Shown here: positions 39,302 through 49,350 of the stretch, one piece after another
How positions within the stretch are numbered: position 1 is the stretch's first letter
How the letters are laid out: every line of letters starts with the position of its first letter
Virus record (IMG/VR): IMGVR_UViG_3300034071_001414
Location: 34,518-98,517 of that record
Origin: a virus
Length of the DNA stretch: 64,000 bases
Direction: 5' to 3' (one strand)
Program-made: the position numbers and the translations under genes
Notes under the pieces: model-generated
What the model was told of the DNA's origin: nothing
Seen by the model: the letters and a program-made list of their open reading frames with translations, nothing else
Database searches by the model: none

Positions 39302-39311
39302 ATTATTAAAT

Positions 39312-39319
39312 TATAAATA
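39312..39319 (+). promoter_or_regulatory. T4-type late promoter
   Basis: TATAAATA upstream of gp22. Confidence 0.7.
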
Positions 39320-39358
39320 AATATAGATTAAATTACTAAGGTTAATCGGAGAGTTCAA

Positions 39359-40519
39359 ATGTCTCGTGGAGATTTACAAGAAATGGAAGTAGGCACAAAG
39401 CAATCCAAAACTGCTGTTAATGCAAATGCTAAAGCAGCGGAAGCAATGCCAAAACTATCGGGAAATATTCCTGATGGACAAACTGCTGGTTGGGAAGATC
39501 TAGGTGGTCCCGATCCCTCTAATTATCGTCCAGATGACGATTCAGCAAAGCTCAAGACCCCCGGAGCAACTCTTAAGCAAGTTAAGGATGTTGTAAATAA
39601 GGGTGCTAAGCCAGCTGAAGCAATGAAGGGCGTAAAGGAGGAAGAAGAACTCGAAGATGAAGACCTCATCGAAGAAGAAACTGAAGAAGAAATCGTAGAG
39701 GCTAAAGAAGAGGAAGAAGAGGAAGAAGAAGAGGAGGAAGAAGGCGGTAAAAAGAAAGATAAAAAAGAAGAAGAGGGAGAGGAAATGGAAGAGGAGTTTA
39801 GCATCGAAGAAGATGTTAATGCTCTCCTCGAAGGTGAGGATCTTTCTGAGGAATTCCAAGAGAAAGCGCGTATCATCTTCGAAGCGGCTCTTCGCTCAAA
39901 AATTGCTGATATTCAAGAATCACTTGAAGAGCAATATGCCGTCGCTCTTGCAGAAGAAGTTGAAGAAATTAAGACTGAACTTGCAGAGCGTGTTGACGCA
40001 TATTTAGAGTATGTTGCAAGCGAGTGGATTGAAGAAAATGCACTCGTAGTTGAAAAAGGTCTTAAGACTGAAATGACCGAATCATTCCTCCAAGGAATGA
40101 AAGGTCTTTTTGAAGAACATTATGTATCAATCCCTGAAGATAAATATGATGTGCTTGAGAGCATGGTAAATAAACTTGATGAAATGGAGACAAAACTCAA
40201 CGAGCAAATAGAGAAAAACGTTTCCCTTCACAAGCGTCTCGCAGAGTCGGTTGCTGATGGAATCTTTGAACAGGTCGCTGATGGTCTTGCAGACACTCAG
40301 AAAGACAAGCTCGCTTCACTTGCCGAAAGTGTTGAGTTTGAAAGTGAAGAAGAATATCGTGAAAAACTGGAGACATTGAAGGAATCATATTTCCCTTCAA
40401 GAGTAGTTTCTCCATCTGCTAAGACTGAAACATTGTCTGAAGGTGTAGATTCATCTACAGAATCTATTTCTGGACCGATGGCTGCATATCTGAAGACTCT
40501 TTCAGCATTCAGCAAATAA
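39359..40519 (+). CDS. gp22: Prohead scaffold protein gp22
   Basis: Very acidic coiled coil; LSEEFQEKARIIFEAA and VDAYLEYVASEW; lies between gp21 and gp23. Confidence 0.92.
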   Translation: MSRGDLQEMEVGTKQSKTAVNANAKAAEAMPKLSGNIPDGQTAGWEDLGGPDPSNYRPDDDSAKLKTPGATLKQVKDVVNKGAKPAEAMKGVKEEEELEDEDLIEEETEEEIVEAKEEEEEEEEEEEEGGKKKDKKEEEGEEMEEEFSIEEDVNALLEGEDLSEEFQEKARIIFEAALRSKIADIQESLEEQYAVALAEEVEEIKTELAERVDAYLEYVASEWIEENALVVEKGLKTEMTESFLQGMKGLFEEHYVSIPEDKYDVLESMVNKLDEMETKLNEQIEKNVSLHKRLAESVADGIFEQVADGLADTQKDKLASLAESVEFESEEEYREKLETLKESYFPSRVVSPSAKTETLSEGVDSSTESISGPMAAYLKTLSAFSK

Positions 40520-40575
40520 TTGAATTTAATATAATTCAAACAAAAAAACGCACTTTAGTAAAAAGGTAAAAGCAA

Positions 40576-41997
40576 ATGTTCCATTCCGAGCATCTGCAGG
40601 AAAAGTGGGCACCTCTACTAGACTATCAGGGTCTTGACCCTATCAAAGATTCTCATCGTAGATCTGTCACCGCTGTCCTGCTCGAAAACCAAGAAAGATT
40701 TTTAAGAGAAGAGTCTGCTTTCCAAGCAGGCGGAATTACAAACCTAATGGAGTCACCAACCAATAGCGGCAATGCTAGTGGTGTTGGTGGTGGATTTGGT
40801 GGCGGCGCTGCTTCCGCTGGTCCTACCGCTGGTTTCGATCCCGTTCTGATTTCACTCATCCGTCGTTCAATGCCCAACCTGGTCGCTTATGACCTCGCTG
40901 GCGTTCAACCAATGAGTGGTCCTACAGGACTCATCTTTGCAATGCGTTCCCGCTACAATACCCAAAGCGGAAATGAAACCTTCTATAACGAGGTTGATTC
41001 AGCATTCTCTGGACAAGATTCCGGATTTAATATTGCTGGATTTGGTAGCACTGCCGCTGGTATTGGTACTACCAATCAGCAAGGTTCAAACCCATCTGTT
41101 CTGAATGCTGCTTCAGTTGCTCCTACCGATTATAACGTCGGTCAGGGTATGCCAACAGGTGATGCAGAAAACCTTGATAGTGGTAATGATGCCTTCAACC
41201 AGATGGCATTCTCGATCGAGAAAGTCACTGTTACCGCTAAGTCAAGAGCTCTGAAAGCTGAGTACTCATTAGAACTCGCCCAAGACCTTAAGGCAATCCA
41301 TGGTCTGAATGCAGAAGCTGAGTTGGCAAATATTCTGTCAACTGAGATTCTTGCTGAAATCAACCGTGAAGTTATCAGAACCATCTATATGGTTGCTGAA
41401 AAAGGTGCTTCTCAGAACGTTGCTACCGCTGGTATCTTTGACCTTGACGTTGACTCTAACGGTCGTTGGTCGGTTGAGAAGTTCAAAGGTCTTCTATTCC
41501 AAATGGAAAGAGACGCTAATGCAATCGCTCAGAGAACTCGTCGCGGAAAGGGCAACATCATCATGTGCTCTGCTGACGTTGCTTCAGCACTGACCATGGC
41601 TGGTGTTCTAGACTACACCCCCGCACTCAATGCTAATCTGTCCGTCGATGACACTGGCAATACTTTTGCCGGTACTCTGATGGGCAAATTCCGCGTCTAC
41701 ATTGACCCATATGCTGCCAACCTGACTTCAGGTAACACAACTCCAGGTAACCAATACTATGTTGTTGGTTATAAGGGTTCTTCACCTTATGACGCAGGAC
41801 TATTCTATTGTCCTTATGTTCCTCTCCAAATGGTTCGTGCCGTTGGTGAGAACAGCTTCCAGCCTAAAATCGGCTTTAAGACCCGTTACGGTCTCGTTGC
41901 AAACCCATTTGCAGAGGGAACTACTCAGGGTCTTGGAAGACTACAAACCAACTCCAACCGTTACTACAGAAGAGTTGCTGTTAAGAACCTTATGTGA
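40576..41997 (+). CDS. gp23: Major capsid protein gp23
   Basis: DPVLISLIRR, GVQPMSGPTGLIFAMR, KSRALKAEYS.ELAQDLKAIHG, FQPKIGFKTRYG. Confidence 0.98.
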   Translation: MFHSEHLQEKWAPLLDYQGLDPIKDSHRRSVTAVLLENQERFLREESAFQAGGITNLMESPTNSGNASGVGGGFGGGAASAGPTAGFDPVLISLIRRSMPNLVAYDLAGVQPMSGPTGLIFAMRSRYNTQSGNETFYNEVDSAFSGQDSGFNIAGFGSTAAGIGTTNQQGSNPSVLNAASVAPTDYNVGQGMPTGDAENLDSGNDAFNQMAFSIEKVTVTAKSRALKAEYSLELAQDLKAIHGLNAEAELANILSTEILAEINREVIRTIYMVAEKGASQNVATAGIFDLDVDSNGRWSVEKFKGLLFQMERDANAIAQRTRRGKGNIIMCSADVASALTMAGVLDYTPALNANLSVDDTGNTFAGTLMGKFRVYIDPYAANLTSGNTTPGNQYYVVGYKGSSPYDAGLFYCPYVPLQMVRAVGENSFQPKIGFKTRYGLVANPFAEGTTQGLGRLQTNSNRYYRRVAVKNLM

Positions 41998-42015
41998 TTC
42001 CTTCACAACTTTTTC

Positions 42016-42044
42016 AAAGGGACCCATAAAGGGTCCCTTTTTTT
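42016..42044 (+). terminator. Intrinsic terminator after gp23
   Basis: AAAGGGACCC-ATAAA-GGGTCCCTTT followed by a T tract. Confidence 0.9.
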
Positions 42045-42064
42045 ATCTAAATATTTAAAAAAAG

Positions 42065-42619
42065 ATGGCAAGAGGAACTGACGTAGAAAACAGAAATTTT
42101 CTATCACCCACTGGATTTAAATTTGTACTTAAAAGATCTCCGAAAGTTGCATTTTTTTGCAACGAAATTAATATTCCTGATTTAACTCTCGGAATTTCAA
42201 ATCAACCAACAAGACTTGGCAGAAACATTCCACAACCAGGAAATACTGTTGATTTTGGAGATTTGAATCTGAGATTTATTGTCGATGAAGACTTGGGAAA
42301 TTATATGGAAATTCAGAGGTGGATAAGGGGTCTTGGTTATCCGGAGAGTTTAAAAGAATTTCATGACCTGGAGGATGGTCGTATTATTAATACAAATTAC
42401 GTCAATGACAATCAAGATATTTACTCAGACGGAACTCTGCAGGTTTTAAATAGCAGTATGATATCAAACTTCCAAGTATTTTTCCGTGATTTATTTCCAT
42501 ATTCCCTAGGCACATTGACATTTGACGCAACAGCATCAGACATTCAATACTTTACAGCAGACGTTAGTTTCAAGTATACTATCTATAATATAACTGACTT
42601 AAGTGGAAATCCTTTATGA
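42065..42619 (+). CDS. gp3: Tail completion / tube terminator gp3
   Basis: NFLSPTGFKF and FIVDEDLGNYMEIQRW; follows gp23; late promoter CTAAATA at 42047-42053. Confidence 0.85.
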   Translation: MARGTDVENRNFLSPTGFKFVLKRSPKVAFFCNEINIPDLTLGISNQPTRLGRNIPQPGNTVDFGDLNLRFIVDEDLGNYMEIQRWIRGLGYPESLKEFHDLEDGRIINTNYVNDNQDIYSDGTLQVLNSSMISNFQVFFRDLFPYSLGTLTFDATASDIQYFTADVSFKYTIYNITDLSGNPL

Positions 42620-43053
42620 GTTTAGACCTTGACACAATTCAGAGGATGTGGGAGCAAGATTCCAAAATTGATATGGATAATCTTCACACAGAGTCTACAA
42701 ACATCCCAACTATTCATGCAAAATACTTTGAGTTATACAACACAATATTTCTTCTAAGAAAAAAAGCTGAGCAACAAAAAAGAAATATACGCCACGAACG
42801 ATATGAATATTACTCCGGAAAATCAGATCCAGAGGTCTACGTAGAAAATCCCTTTCCCAAAAAGATTCGCGATAAAGACACTATGCAAAAGTATCTTGAT
42901 GCGGATGAAAAACTTTCCACAATATGTTTGAAGATTGATTATTATGACACAATGTTGACATATATTGAAAGTATTTTAAAAATGATTCAAAATAGAACTT
43001 ATCAAATCAAAAATGCAATCGAGTTCATTCGTTTTCAGTCTGGATTGGGGTAA
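42616..43053 (+). CDS. uvsY: Recombination mediator UvsY
   Basis: WEQDSKID, HAKY, YYSGK, RTYQIKNAIEF; synteny gp3-uvsY-uvsW. Confidence 0.88.
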   Translation: MSLDLDTIQRMWEQDSKIDMDNLHTESTNIPTIHAKYFELYNTIFLLRKKAEQQKRNIRHERYEYYSGKSDPEVYVENPFPKKIRDKDTMQKYLDADEKLSTICLKIDYYDTMLTYIESILKMIQNRTYQIKNAIEFIRFQSGLG

Positions 43054-43080
43054 ATAAATACTCATAGCAATATTAATGTT

Positions 43081-44547
43081 ATGAGTGATGTAATCATCGA
43101 AAAGAAAAATGAAGTTTATATCAAACTTCATTGCGAATCTCATATTTTATATGAACTCCAACCATATTTCACTTTTGAAGTAGAATCTGCAAAATTTATG
43201 TCCCAGTATAGAAGCAGACACTGGGACGGCAAGATTCGACTGTTAAGTACTCATACTGGAGAAATTTATGCCGGTTTGTTAGATAAGATTATCGACAAAC
43301 TAACCCTCCACAACTATACATATGAGTTTAAAGAAAATAAATTCTATGGATTACCTTTTGAGGTTAATGAAGGTATTTCGTATGAAGGTGTCAAAGATTA
43401 TATGAAATCTATTTGCGCCCATTCTCCACGGGAATATCAAGTAGATGGAGTATACGATGCTCTAAGACATAATAGAAAATTATTGATATCACCCACAGCC
43501 TCAGGTAAATCCTTAATGATTTATTCCCTTGTAAGGTATTATGTAGATAAAGGACAAAAAATTCTTTTAGTTGTTCCAACGACATCTTTGGTAGAGCAGA
43601 TGTACAAGGATTTTGAAGATTATGGTTGGGATGCTGAGTCATATTGTCACAAGATTTATTCTGGAAGAGAAAAAACAAACGAACATCCAGTAACTATTAC
43701 TACTTGGCAATCTATCTATAAATTAGAACGTTCTTTCTTTGAAGATTATAGTGTGATTATAGGTGATGAAGCACATCTCTTCAAGAGTAAATCTCTAATT
43801 GAGATTATGACTAAACTTCATCATGCAAAATATCGTTTTGGATTTACAGGAACTTTAGATGGAACTCAAACCCACAAATGGGTTCTTGAAGGATTGTTTG
43901 GTCCATCGTATAAAGTTACAAGAACTTATGAGTTAATGCAACAAGGTCATATTTCCCAATTAGATATCCGTTGCCTTGTTCTCAAGCATTCTCCACAAAA
44001 GTTTGAAACTTATGAAGATGAGATTCAATATCTAATTACCCATGAACAAAGAAATAAGTTTATTACAAATCTTTCTTTAGATTTAAAGGGAAATACTCTT
44101 GTTTTATTTTCTAGGGTTGAAGCACATGGAGCAGTTCTTTATGAAAAGATAAATAATATTAAGCACGGTGATCGTAAAGTATTTTTTATTCACGGTGGTG
44201 TAGATACTGAAGAAAGAGAATTAGTTAGAGAAATCACAGAGAGAGAAAATAATGCAATCATCGTTGCTTCTTACGGCACTTTTTCTACTGGTATCAACAT
44301 TAGAAATTTACATAATGTTATCTTTGCTTCCCCTAGCAAATCAAGAATCAGAAACCTTCAATCAATCGGAAGAGTTCTCAGAAAGGGAAAAAATAAAACC
44401 AAAGCAGTCCTGTACGACATCTCCGACGATTGCACATACAACTCAAGAAAAAACTATACTTTAAATCATCTCATAGAACGTATTAAAATTTACAACGAAG
44501 AAAACTTTAATTATGAAATTATTACAATAAAACTTAAAAGAAAATGA
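43081..44547 (+). CDS. uvsW: SF2 helicase UvsW
   Basis: SPTASGKS, DEAH, GFTGT, LQSIGRVLR. Confidence 0.95.
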   Translation: MSDVIIEKKNEVYIKLHCESHILYELQPYFTFEVESAKFMSQYRSRHWDGKIRLLSTHTGEIYAGLLDKIIDKLTLHNYTYEFKENKFYGLPFEVNEGISYEGVKDYMKSICAHSPREYQVDGVYDALRHNRKLLISPTASGKSLMIYSLVRYYVDKGQKILLVVPTTSLVEQMYKDFEDYGWDAESYCHKIYSGREKTNEHPVTITTWQSIYKLERSFFEDYSVIIGDEAHLFKSKSLIEIMTKLHHAKYRFGFTGTLDGTQTHKWVLEGLFGPSYKVTRTYELMQQGHISQLDIRCLVLKHSPQKFETYEDEIQYLITHEQRNKFITNLSLDLKGNTLVLFSRVEAHGAVLYEKINNIKHGDRKVFFIHGGVDTEERELVREITERENNAIIVASYGTFSTGINIRNLHNVIFASPSKSRIRNLQSIGRVLRKGKNKTKAVLYDISDDCTYNSRKNYTLNHLIERIKIYNEENFNYEIITIKLKRK

Positions 44548-44936
44548 TAGAGGAAGATTTTTACTGTACGCTTAAATTAAAAACTGGCGAAGAAATCTTT
44601 GCTAAAGTAGCAGCGTCTGAAGAAGAAGATAAAACAATATTAATTGTTTCTAATCCAATCACAATTAATGAAATTAAAGGTAGGGCAGGAATGATTGGAT
44701 ATAAAATAGAACCGTGGTTAAAAACCACCAAAGAAGATATGTTCATTATAAATTTAGATGATGTCATTACAATGTCAGAATCTTCAGATATTGAAATGAT
44801 TATGATATACCAATCTTTTGTCAGACAATCCAATAAAGAAGGCACAAATGAATCAAAACTTAATCGTAAAATGGGATATATTGCTAACGTTAATGATGCT
44901 AAAGAAATATTAGAGAAGCTTTATAAAAATAGCTAA
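44544..44936 (+). CDS. Conserved hypothetical protein (Sm-like beta fold suspected)
   Basis: LKLKTGEEIFA...PW motif; usual position between uvsW and gp55 in cyanomyoviruses. Confidence 0.7.
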   Translation: MIEEDFYCTLKLKTGEEIFAKVAASEEEDKTILIVSNPITINEIKGRAGMIGYKIEPWLKTTKEDMFIINLDDVITMSESSDIEMIMIYQSFVRQSNKEGTNESKLNRKMGYIANVNDAKEILEKLYKNS

Positions 44937-44965
44937 ATCTAATCTTATCAACCCCGACAAAGGTT

Positions 44966-44994
44966 ATTGTACAAGGTTTCGAATATCTTGTCAA
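44966..44994 (-). promoter_or_regulatory. Divergent (antisense) sigma70-type promoter
   Basis: Minus strand reads TTGACA-agatattcgaaaccttg (17 nt)-TACAAT. Confidence 0.6.
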
Positions 44995-45016
44995 CTATTG
45001 GTTAAAATGTTATAAT
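44988..45016 (+). promoter_or_regulatory. sigma70-type promoter for the gp55 operon
   Basis: TTGTCA-17 nt-TATAAT with extended TG. Confidence 0.8.
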
Positions 45017-45041
45017 CTCTACATAATAATGACAAAAACTA

Positions 45042-45539
45042 ATGATAACCACAGCAGTTATGACCAAGAGAAAGAGGTCAGAGCATTACGTCAACAACAA
45101 AGAGTTTCTTGCAGCTCTTATTAAGTATCGCGAAGATAAAGAGATTGCAGTCTTACAGAACAAACCAAAACCTCCCATCCCTCGCTACATTGGAGAGTGT
45201 TTCTTGAAGATTGCTAATCACCTTTCCTTCAAACCAAACTTCGTGAACTATATGTTCAAGGAGGATATGATTTCTGACGGTATTGAGAATTGTGTTCAGT
45301 ATATTCACAATTTCAATCCAGAGAAGTCACAGAATCCTTTCGCATACTTCACACAAATCATTCACTATGCTTTCCTCCGTAGAATTCAAAGAGAAAAGCG
45401 TCAGTTAGAAATTAAAAACAAAATCCTTGAGCGTTCTGGGTATTCTGAAGTATTTGCTGACGACAATACGGTTGACGGTGGGAATTATTCCGATTATAAT
45501 TCCATCAAGGACGGGATTCACAGCAAACTGCGGTATTGA
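45042..45539 (+). CDS. gp55: Late-transcription sigma factor gp55
   Basis: HYVNNKEF, EDMISDGIENC, NPFAYFTQI..AFLRRIQREK. Confidence 0.95.
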   Translation: MITTAVMTKRKRSEHYVNNKEFLAALIKYREDKEIAVLQNKPKPPIPRYIGECFLKIANHLSFKPNFVNYMFKEDMISDGIENCVQYIHNFNPEKSQNPFAYFTQIIHYAFLRRIQREKRQLEIKNKILERSGYSEVFADDNTVDGGNYSDYNSIKDGIHSKLRY

Positions 45540-46574
45540 ATGAAAGTAGCAATTATTACAGATACTCATTATGGGGCTAGAAAAGGTTCAAAACTTTTTC
45601 ATGATTATTTTGAACTTTTCTACAAGAATGTATTTTTCCCAACACTGGAACAGTATGGGATTAATACAGTAATTCATATGGGTGATGCCTTTGATAGTCG
45701 TAAATCAATTGATTACCAGAGTTTGGAGTGGGCGAAGAGAGTTGTATTTGAACCTCTTAAGAACTATAAGGTTCATATGATTGTTGGAAATCATGATAGC
45801 TATTATAAGAACACTAATAATACAAATTCTCCCCAACTTCTTTTAAAGGATTATCCAAATATTAAAACATATTCTTCTCCTACTGAAATTAAAATTGAAA
45901 ATCTTGATATTCTTCTTCTTCCGTGGATTTGTATGGAAAACGAGGAGAAATCTCTTAAGATTATTAAAAAAACCAAAGCAAAAGTTGCAATGGGACATCT
46001 TGAACTTCAGGGGTTTCGTGTAAATAGTCAAATTATTATGGAACATGGATTGGAAGCGAATATTTTTAAAGACTTCTCTAGGGTATTTTCTGGTCATTAC
46101 CACACTCGTTCTAATAATGGAAATGTATTCTATCTCGGCAATCCTTACCAGATGTTTTGGACGGATGTAAATGACACTCGTGGATTTGTAATTTTTGATA
46201 CTGAAACATTGGAACATACTTATATTGACAATCCTTATAAGATGTTTCATAACATTTATTATGAAGATACAAATTATCAAACGTTTGATGTCCGTGAGTA
46301 TGAGAATAAAATAGTTAAAGTTATTGTTCGTAAAAAATCGAATACCAAACAATTTGAAAAATTTATTGATAAACTTTATACGTCAAACATTGCAGAACTC
46401 AAAATTATTGAAAATTTTAATATTCGGGAATCTGATGAATTTGAAGCATTTGAAAGTGAAGATACCATATCTATTTTGAATAGATATATTGAGGAGGCGG
46501 AAATTAGTCTTGATAAATCTATTATTCAAAAGATGATGCAAGAAATATATCAAGAAGCATGTGAATTAATTTAA
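45540..46574 (+). CDS. gp47: Recombination endonuclease subunit gp47 (Mre11/SbcD-like)
   Basis: Metallophosphoesterase motifs DTHYG, GDAFD, GNHD, SGHYH. Confidence 0.95.
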   Translation: MKVAIITDTHYGARKGSKLFHDYFELFYKNVFFPTLEQYGINTVIHMGDAFDSRKSIDYQSLEWAKRVVFEPLKNYKVHMIVGNHDSYYKNTNNTNSPQLLLKDYPNIKTYSSPTEIKIENLDILLLPWICMENEEKSLKIIKKTKAKVAMGHLELQGFRVNSQIIMEHGLEANIFKDFSRVFSGHYHTRSNNGNVFYLGNPYQMFWTDVNDTRGFVIFDTETLEHTYIDNPYKMFHNIYYEDTNYQTFDVREYENKIVKVIVRKKSNTKQFEKFIDKLYTSNIAELKIIENFNIRESDEFEAFESEDTISILNRYIEEAEISLDKSIIQKMMQEIYQEACELI

Positions 46575-46846
46575 TGTTTATTCTAACAATCAGCGGTAGA
46601 GAAACTGAAGGTGCATATTCTGTAATTGATGATGAAGGAGAACATATTTTATATCTCTTTCAGGAAGAAGATGATGCTGTCAGATATGCTATGATGTTAG
46701 AAGAAGAAGGTTCTCCAGAAATGCATGTAATTGAAATTGATGACGATGTAATGATACAAACATGCGAAATGCACGGGTATCAATATACTATTATTACTCC
46801 AGATGACATTGTAATTCCTCCAAACTCAGATCATGATTTTATTTAA
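46574..46846 (+). CDS. Conserved hypothetical acidic protein
   Basis: 90 aa, LYLFQEEDDAVRYA motif; coupled to gp47 and gp46. Confidence 0.75.
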   Translation: MFILTISGRETEGAYSVIDDEGEHILYLFQEEDDAVRYAMMLEEEGSPEMHVIEIDDDVMIQTCEMHGYQYTIITPDDIVIPPNSDHDFI

Positions 46847-48545
46847 AACAATTCGTTGGAAAAACTTCTTAAGTACCGGAAATCAATATACGGAAGTTGA
46901 CTTTACAAAAAACAAAACCAATTTGATCATCGGAACAAATGGAGCAGGTAAGAGTACCGTTCTAGATGCTTTGACTTTTTCTTTATTTGGAAAACCGTTT
47001 CGTAAAATTAATAAACCACAACTTATTAATTCTGTGAATGAGAAGGATTGTAGAGTTGAGGTTGAGTTTAGTATTGGAAATATTGAATGGAAAGTTGTAA
47101 GAGGAATTAAACCAGCACTTTTTGAAATTTGGAGAAATGATGTTGCACTAGACCAATCATCTGCTGCTTTGGATCAGCAAAAATGGTTAGAGCAAAATGT
47201 TCTTAAAATGAACTATAAATCTTTCACTCAAATTGTTATCTTGGGTTCAAGTACTTTTGTTCCTTTTATGCAACTTTCTGTAGCACATCGTCGAGAAGTA
47301 ATTGAGGACTTGCTTGATATTAAAATTTTCTCTTCTATGAATGTTGTCATTAAAGAGAAAATTCGTCAGGCAAAAGAAGAAATTAAAATTCTAGATCTCA
47401 AGAAACAATCTCTTGCCGAAAAACTTAAGATGCAAGAAGAGTTTATTGGGGAGTTGGAAAATCGAGGAAAGGAAAATATAAACAATAATAATCGGAAAAT
47501 TTCCGATTTAGATAGCGAAATAGAACAATATTTGCGGGAAAATGAGTCTGTAGAAGAACCTCTTCGGGAACTTATTCGTGAGCAAGATTCTATCATTGGA
47601 TATTCGGAAAAACTTCGTAAACTGGGAAATCTTAAAGGAAAAATTTCTCAAAAAGTATCTGCTATTACTAAAGAGCACAAGTTTTTCACTGAGAATATGG
47701 TATGCCCCACCTGCACACAACCGATTGATGAAGAGTTTAGAATAAATAGAGTTACAGACGCTCAAAATAAAGCAAAGGAGTTGCAATCTGGTTATAAAGA
47801 ACTAGAGGAGGCAATTAAAGAGGAAGAGGAGCGAGAGCGTCAATTCAATACTCTAACGAAGGAGATTTCAAAACTAACGAATGGCATTTCTCAAAACAAT
47901 ATCAAGATTAATGGGTGTCGCAGACAGGTCAGAAATCTTGAATCTGAAATTCAAACTCTTACCGAGAACCTTGCAAACAGAAATTCTGAACATGAAAAGT
48001 TAGAATCCTTCAAAGACAACTTAAAAACTACATACGACGACCTCGCTTCTAAAAAAGACTCAATTAACTATTACGATTTTTCGTATAGTTTACTTAAAGA
48101 CGGTGGAGTAAAATCCAAAATCATTAAGAAGTACTTACCGCTGATAAATCAGCAAGTAAACCGTTATCTTCAGATGATGGATTTCTACATTAACTTCACA
48201 CTTGATGAGGAATTTAACGAAACCGTCCAGTCACCTATTCATGAAGATTTTTCTTATGCTTCTTTTAGTGAAGGTGAAAAAATGAGAATTGATTTAGCAC
48301 TTCTTTTCACCTGGAGAGAAGTTGCTAGAATGAAGAACTCAGTCAACACAAATCTCTTGATTATGGATGAGGTGTTTGATAGTTCGCTTGATGGATTTGG
48401 AACCGAAGAATTCCTTAAGATTATTCGTTATGTGATTAAGGATGCAAATATTTTTGTTATCTCTCACAAAACTGGACTAGAGGACAGATTTGAAAGCGTT
48501 ATAAAATTCTCTAAGGTAAAGGGATTTAGTAGAATAGAGCAATAG
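46833..48545 (+). CDS. gp46: Recombination endonuclease subunit gp46 (Rad50/SbcC-like ATPase)
   Basis: GTNGAGKST, zinc hook CPTC, signature FSEGEKMR, MDEVFD. Confidence 0.96.
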   Translation: MILFKTIRWKNFLSTGNQYTEVDFTKNKTNLIIGTNGAGKSTVLDALTFSLFGKPFRKINKPQLINSVNEKDCRVEVEFSIGNIEWKVVRGIKPALFEIWRNDVALDQSSAALDQQKWLEQNVLKMNYKSFTQIVILGSSTFVPFMQLSVAHRREVIEDLLDIKIFSSMNVVIKEKIRQAKEEIKILDLKKQSLAEKLKMQEEFIGELENRGKENINNNNRKISDLDSEIEQYLRENESVEEPLRELIREQDSIIGYSEKLRKLGNLKGKISQKVSAITKEHKFFTENMVCPTCTQPIDEEFRINRVTDAQNKAKELQSGYKELEEAIKEEEERERQFNTLTKEISKLTNGISQNNIKINGCRRQVRNLESEIQTLTENLANRNSEHEKLESFKDNLKTTYDDLASKKDSINYYDFSYSLLKDGGVKSKIIKKYLPLINQQVNRYLQMMDFYINFTLDEEFNETVQSPIHEDFSYASFSEGEKMRIDLALLFTWREVARMKNSVNTNLLIMDEVFDSSLDGFGTEEFLKIIRYVIKDANIFVISHKTGLEDRFESVIKFSKVKGFSRIEQ

Positions 48546-48553
48546 TAATATTG

Positions 48554-48607
48554 TATAAATAAGTATAGTAATTTGAAAGTGTAATAATGGAAAATTACTA
48601 TACTTAT
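48554..48607 (+). promoter_or_regulatory. Late promoter plus 16-bp inverted repeat around the homing-endonuclease start codon
   Basis: TATAAATA 48554-48561; ATAAGTATAGTAATTT (48559-48574) pairs with AAATTACTATACTTAT (48592-48607). Confidence 0.75.
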
Positions 48608-49150
48608 GCTTACTTGAGAGAGGATAAAACTCCATATTATATTGGAAAGGGTAAATGCAAAACTCAAAGACATTTGCATCCTGGACATTATGTTCCTATT
48701 CCACCGGAAGAAAGAATACTTATATTGAAAAATAATATTAGTGAAGATGAAGCAATCAAACACGAAATATATTTAATTTCAATATTTGGAAGAAAGGATA
48801 ATAATACTGGTATTTTGAGAAATCTTACTGATGGCGGTGATGGAAAAAGTGGATGGAAAGCATCTAAAGAAACTTGTGATAAGATAAGTAAATCTCTAAT
48901 GGGAAGAAAAAGAACTCCTGAGCAGATAGAAAAACACAGAATGTCTATGCTTGGTAGAAAACTTTCTGAGGAACATAAAAGAAAAATAGGAGAGGGTGGT
49001 AAAGGTAAAAAAATGAGCCCTGAAACAATAGAAAAAATGAAAGTTGCTGCGAAAAAAAGAGGAAATAATAGAGCAGGGACAAAACATTCTCAAGAAACAA
49101 AAGAAAAGATGAGACAATCTCATCTAAAAAGAAACAAAGGGACACTTTAA
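48587..49150 (+). mobile_element. Free-standing GIY-YIG-like homing endonuclease with NUMOD3-type repeats
   Basis: YYTYAY...YYIGKG, R, E and LRNLTDGG core; C-terminal repeats SKETCDKIS / SEEHKRKIG / SPETIEKM / HSQETKEKM. Confidence 0.85.
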
Positions 49151-49212
49151 AAACTGGACTACTTGTTTAATAAATTAATAGATAGTAGAGTTGCTTGAAC
49201 CACCAAAGAACC

Positions 49213-49350
49213 ATGCAAGTTCCAAACCGATACCATCATTCCAAGAAAGAACAGAAACGAAAACTTAAACCGCAAGCACTGAGGCAAGCAAAAGCACGAA
49301 GACAAGCACTCAAGAAGCGTCTCAATCAACGAGACGCTTCTTTTTTATAA
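49213..49350 (+). CDS. Small highly basic protein (45 aa); not in the ORF track
   Basis: Own translation MQVPNRYHHSKKEQKRKLKPQALRQAKARRQALKKRLNQRDASFL. Confidence 0.6.
   Translation: MQVPNRYHHSKKEQKRKLKPQALRQAKARRQALKKRLNQRDASFL
49312..49346 (+). terminator. Intrinsic terminator
   Basis: AAGAAGCGTCTC-AATCAAC-GAGACGCTTCTT followed by Ts. Confidence 0.8.

Noticed and set aside
39523-39876. Ser-rich and Phe-rich minus-strand ORFs and a GAA-rich tract
   Set aside because: Mirror of the poly-Glu region of gp22; low complexity, not a separate gene or array
41309-42058. +1-frame ORFs overlapping gp23
   Set aside because: Artefact of strong codon bias in the capsid gene; one runs through the terminator
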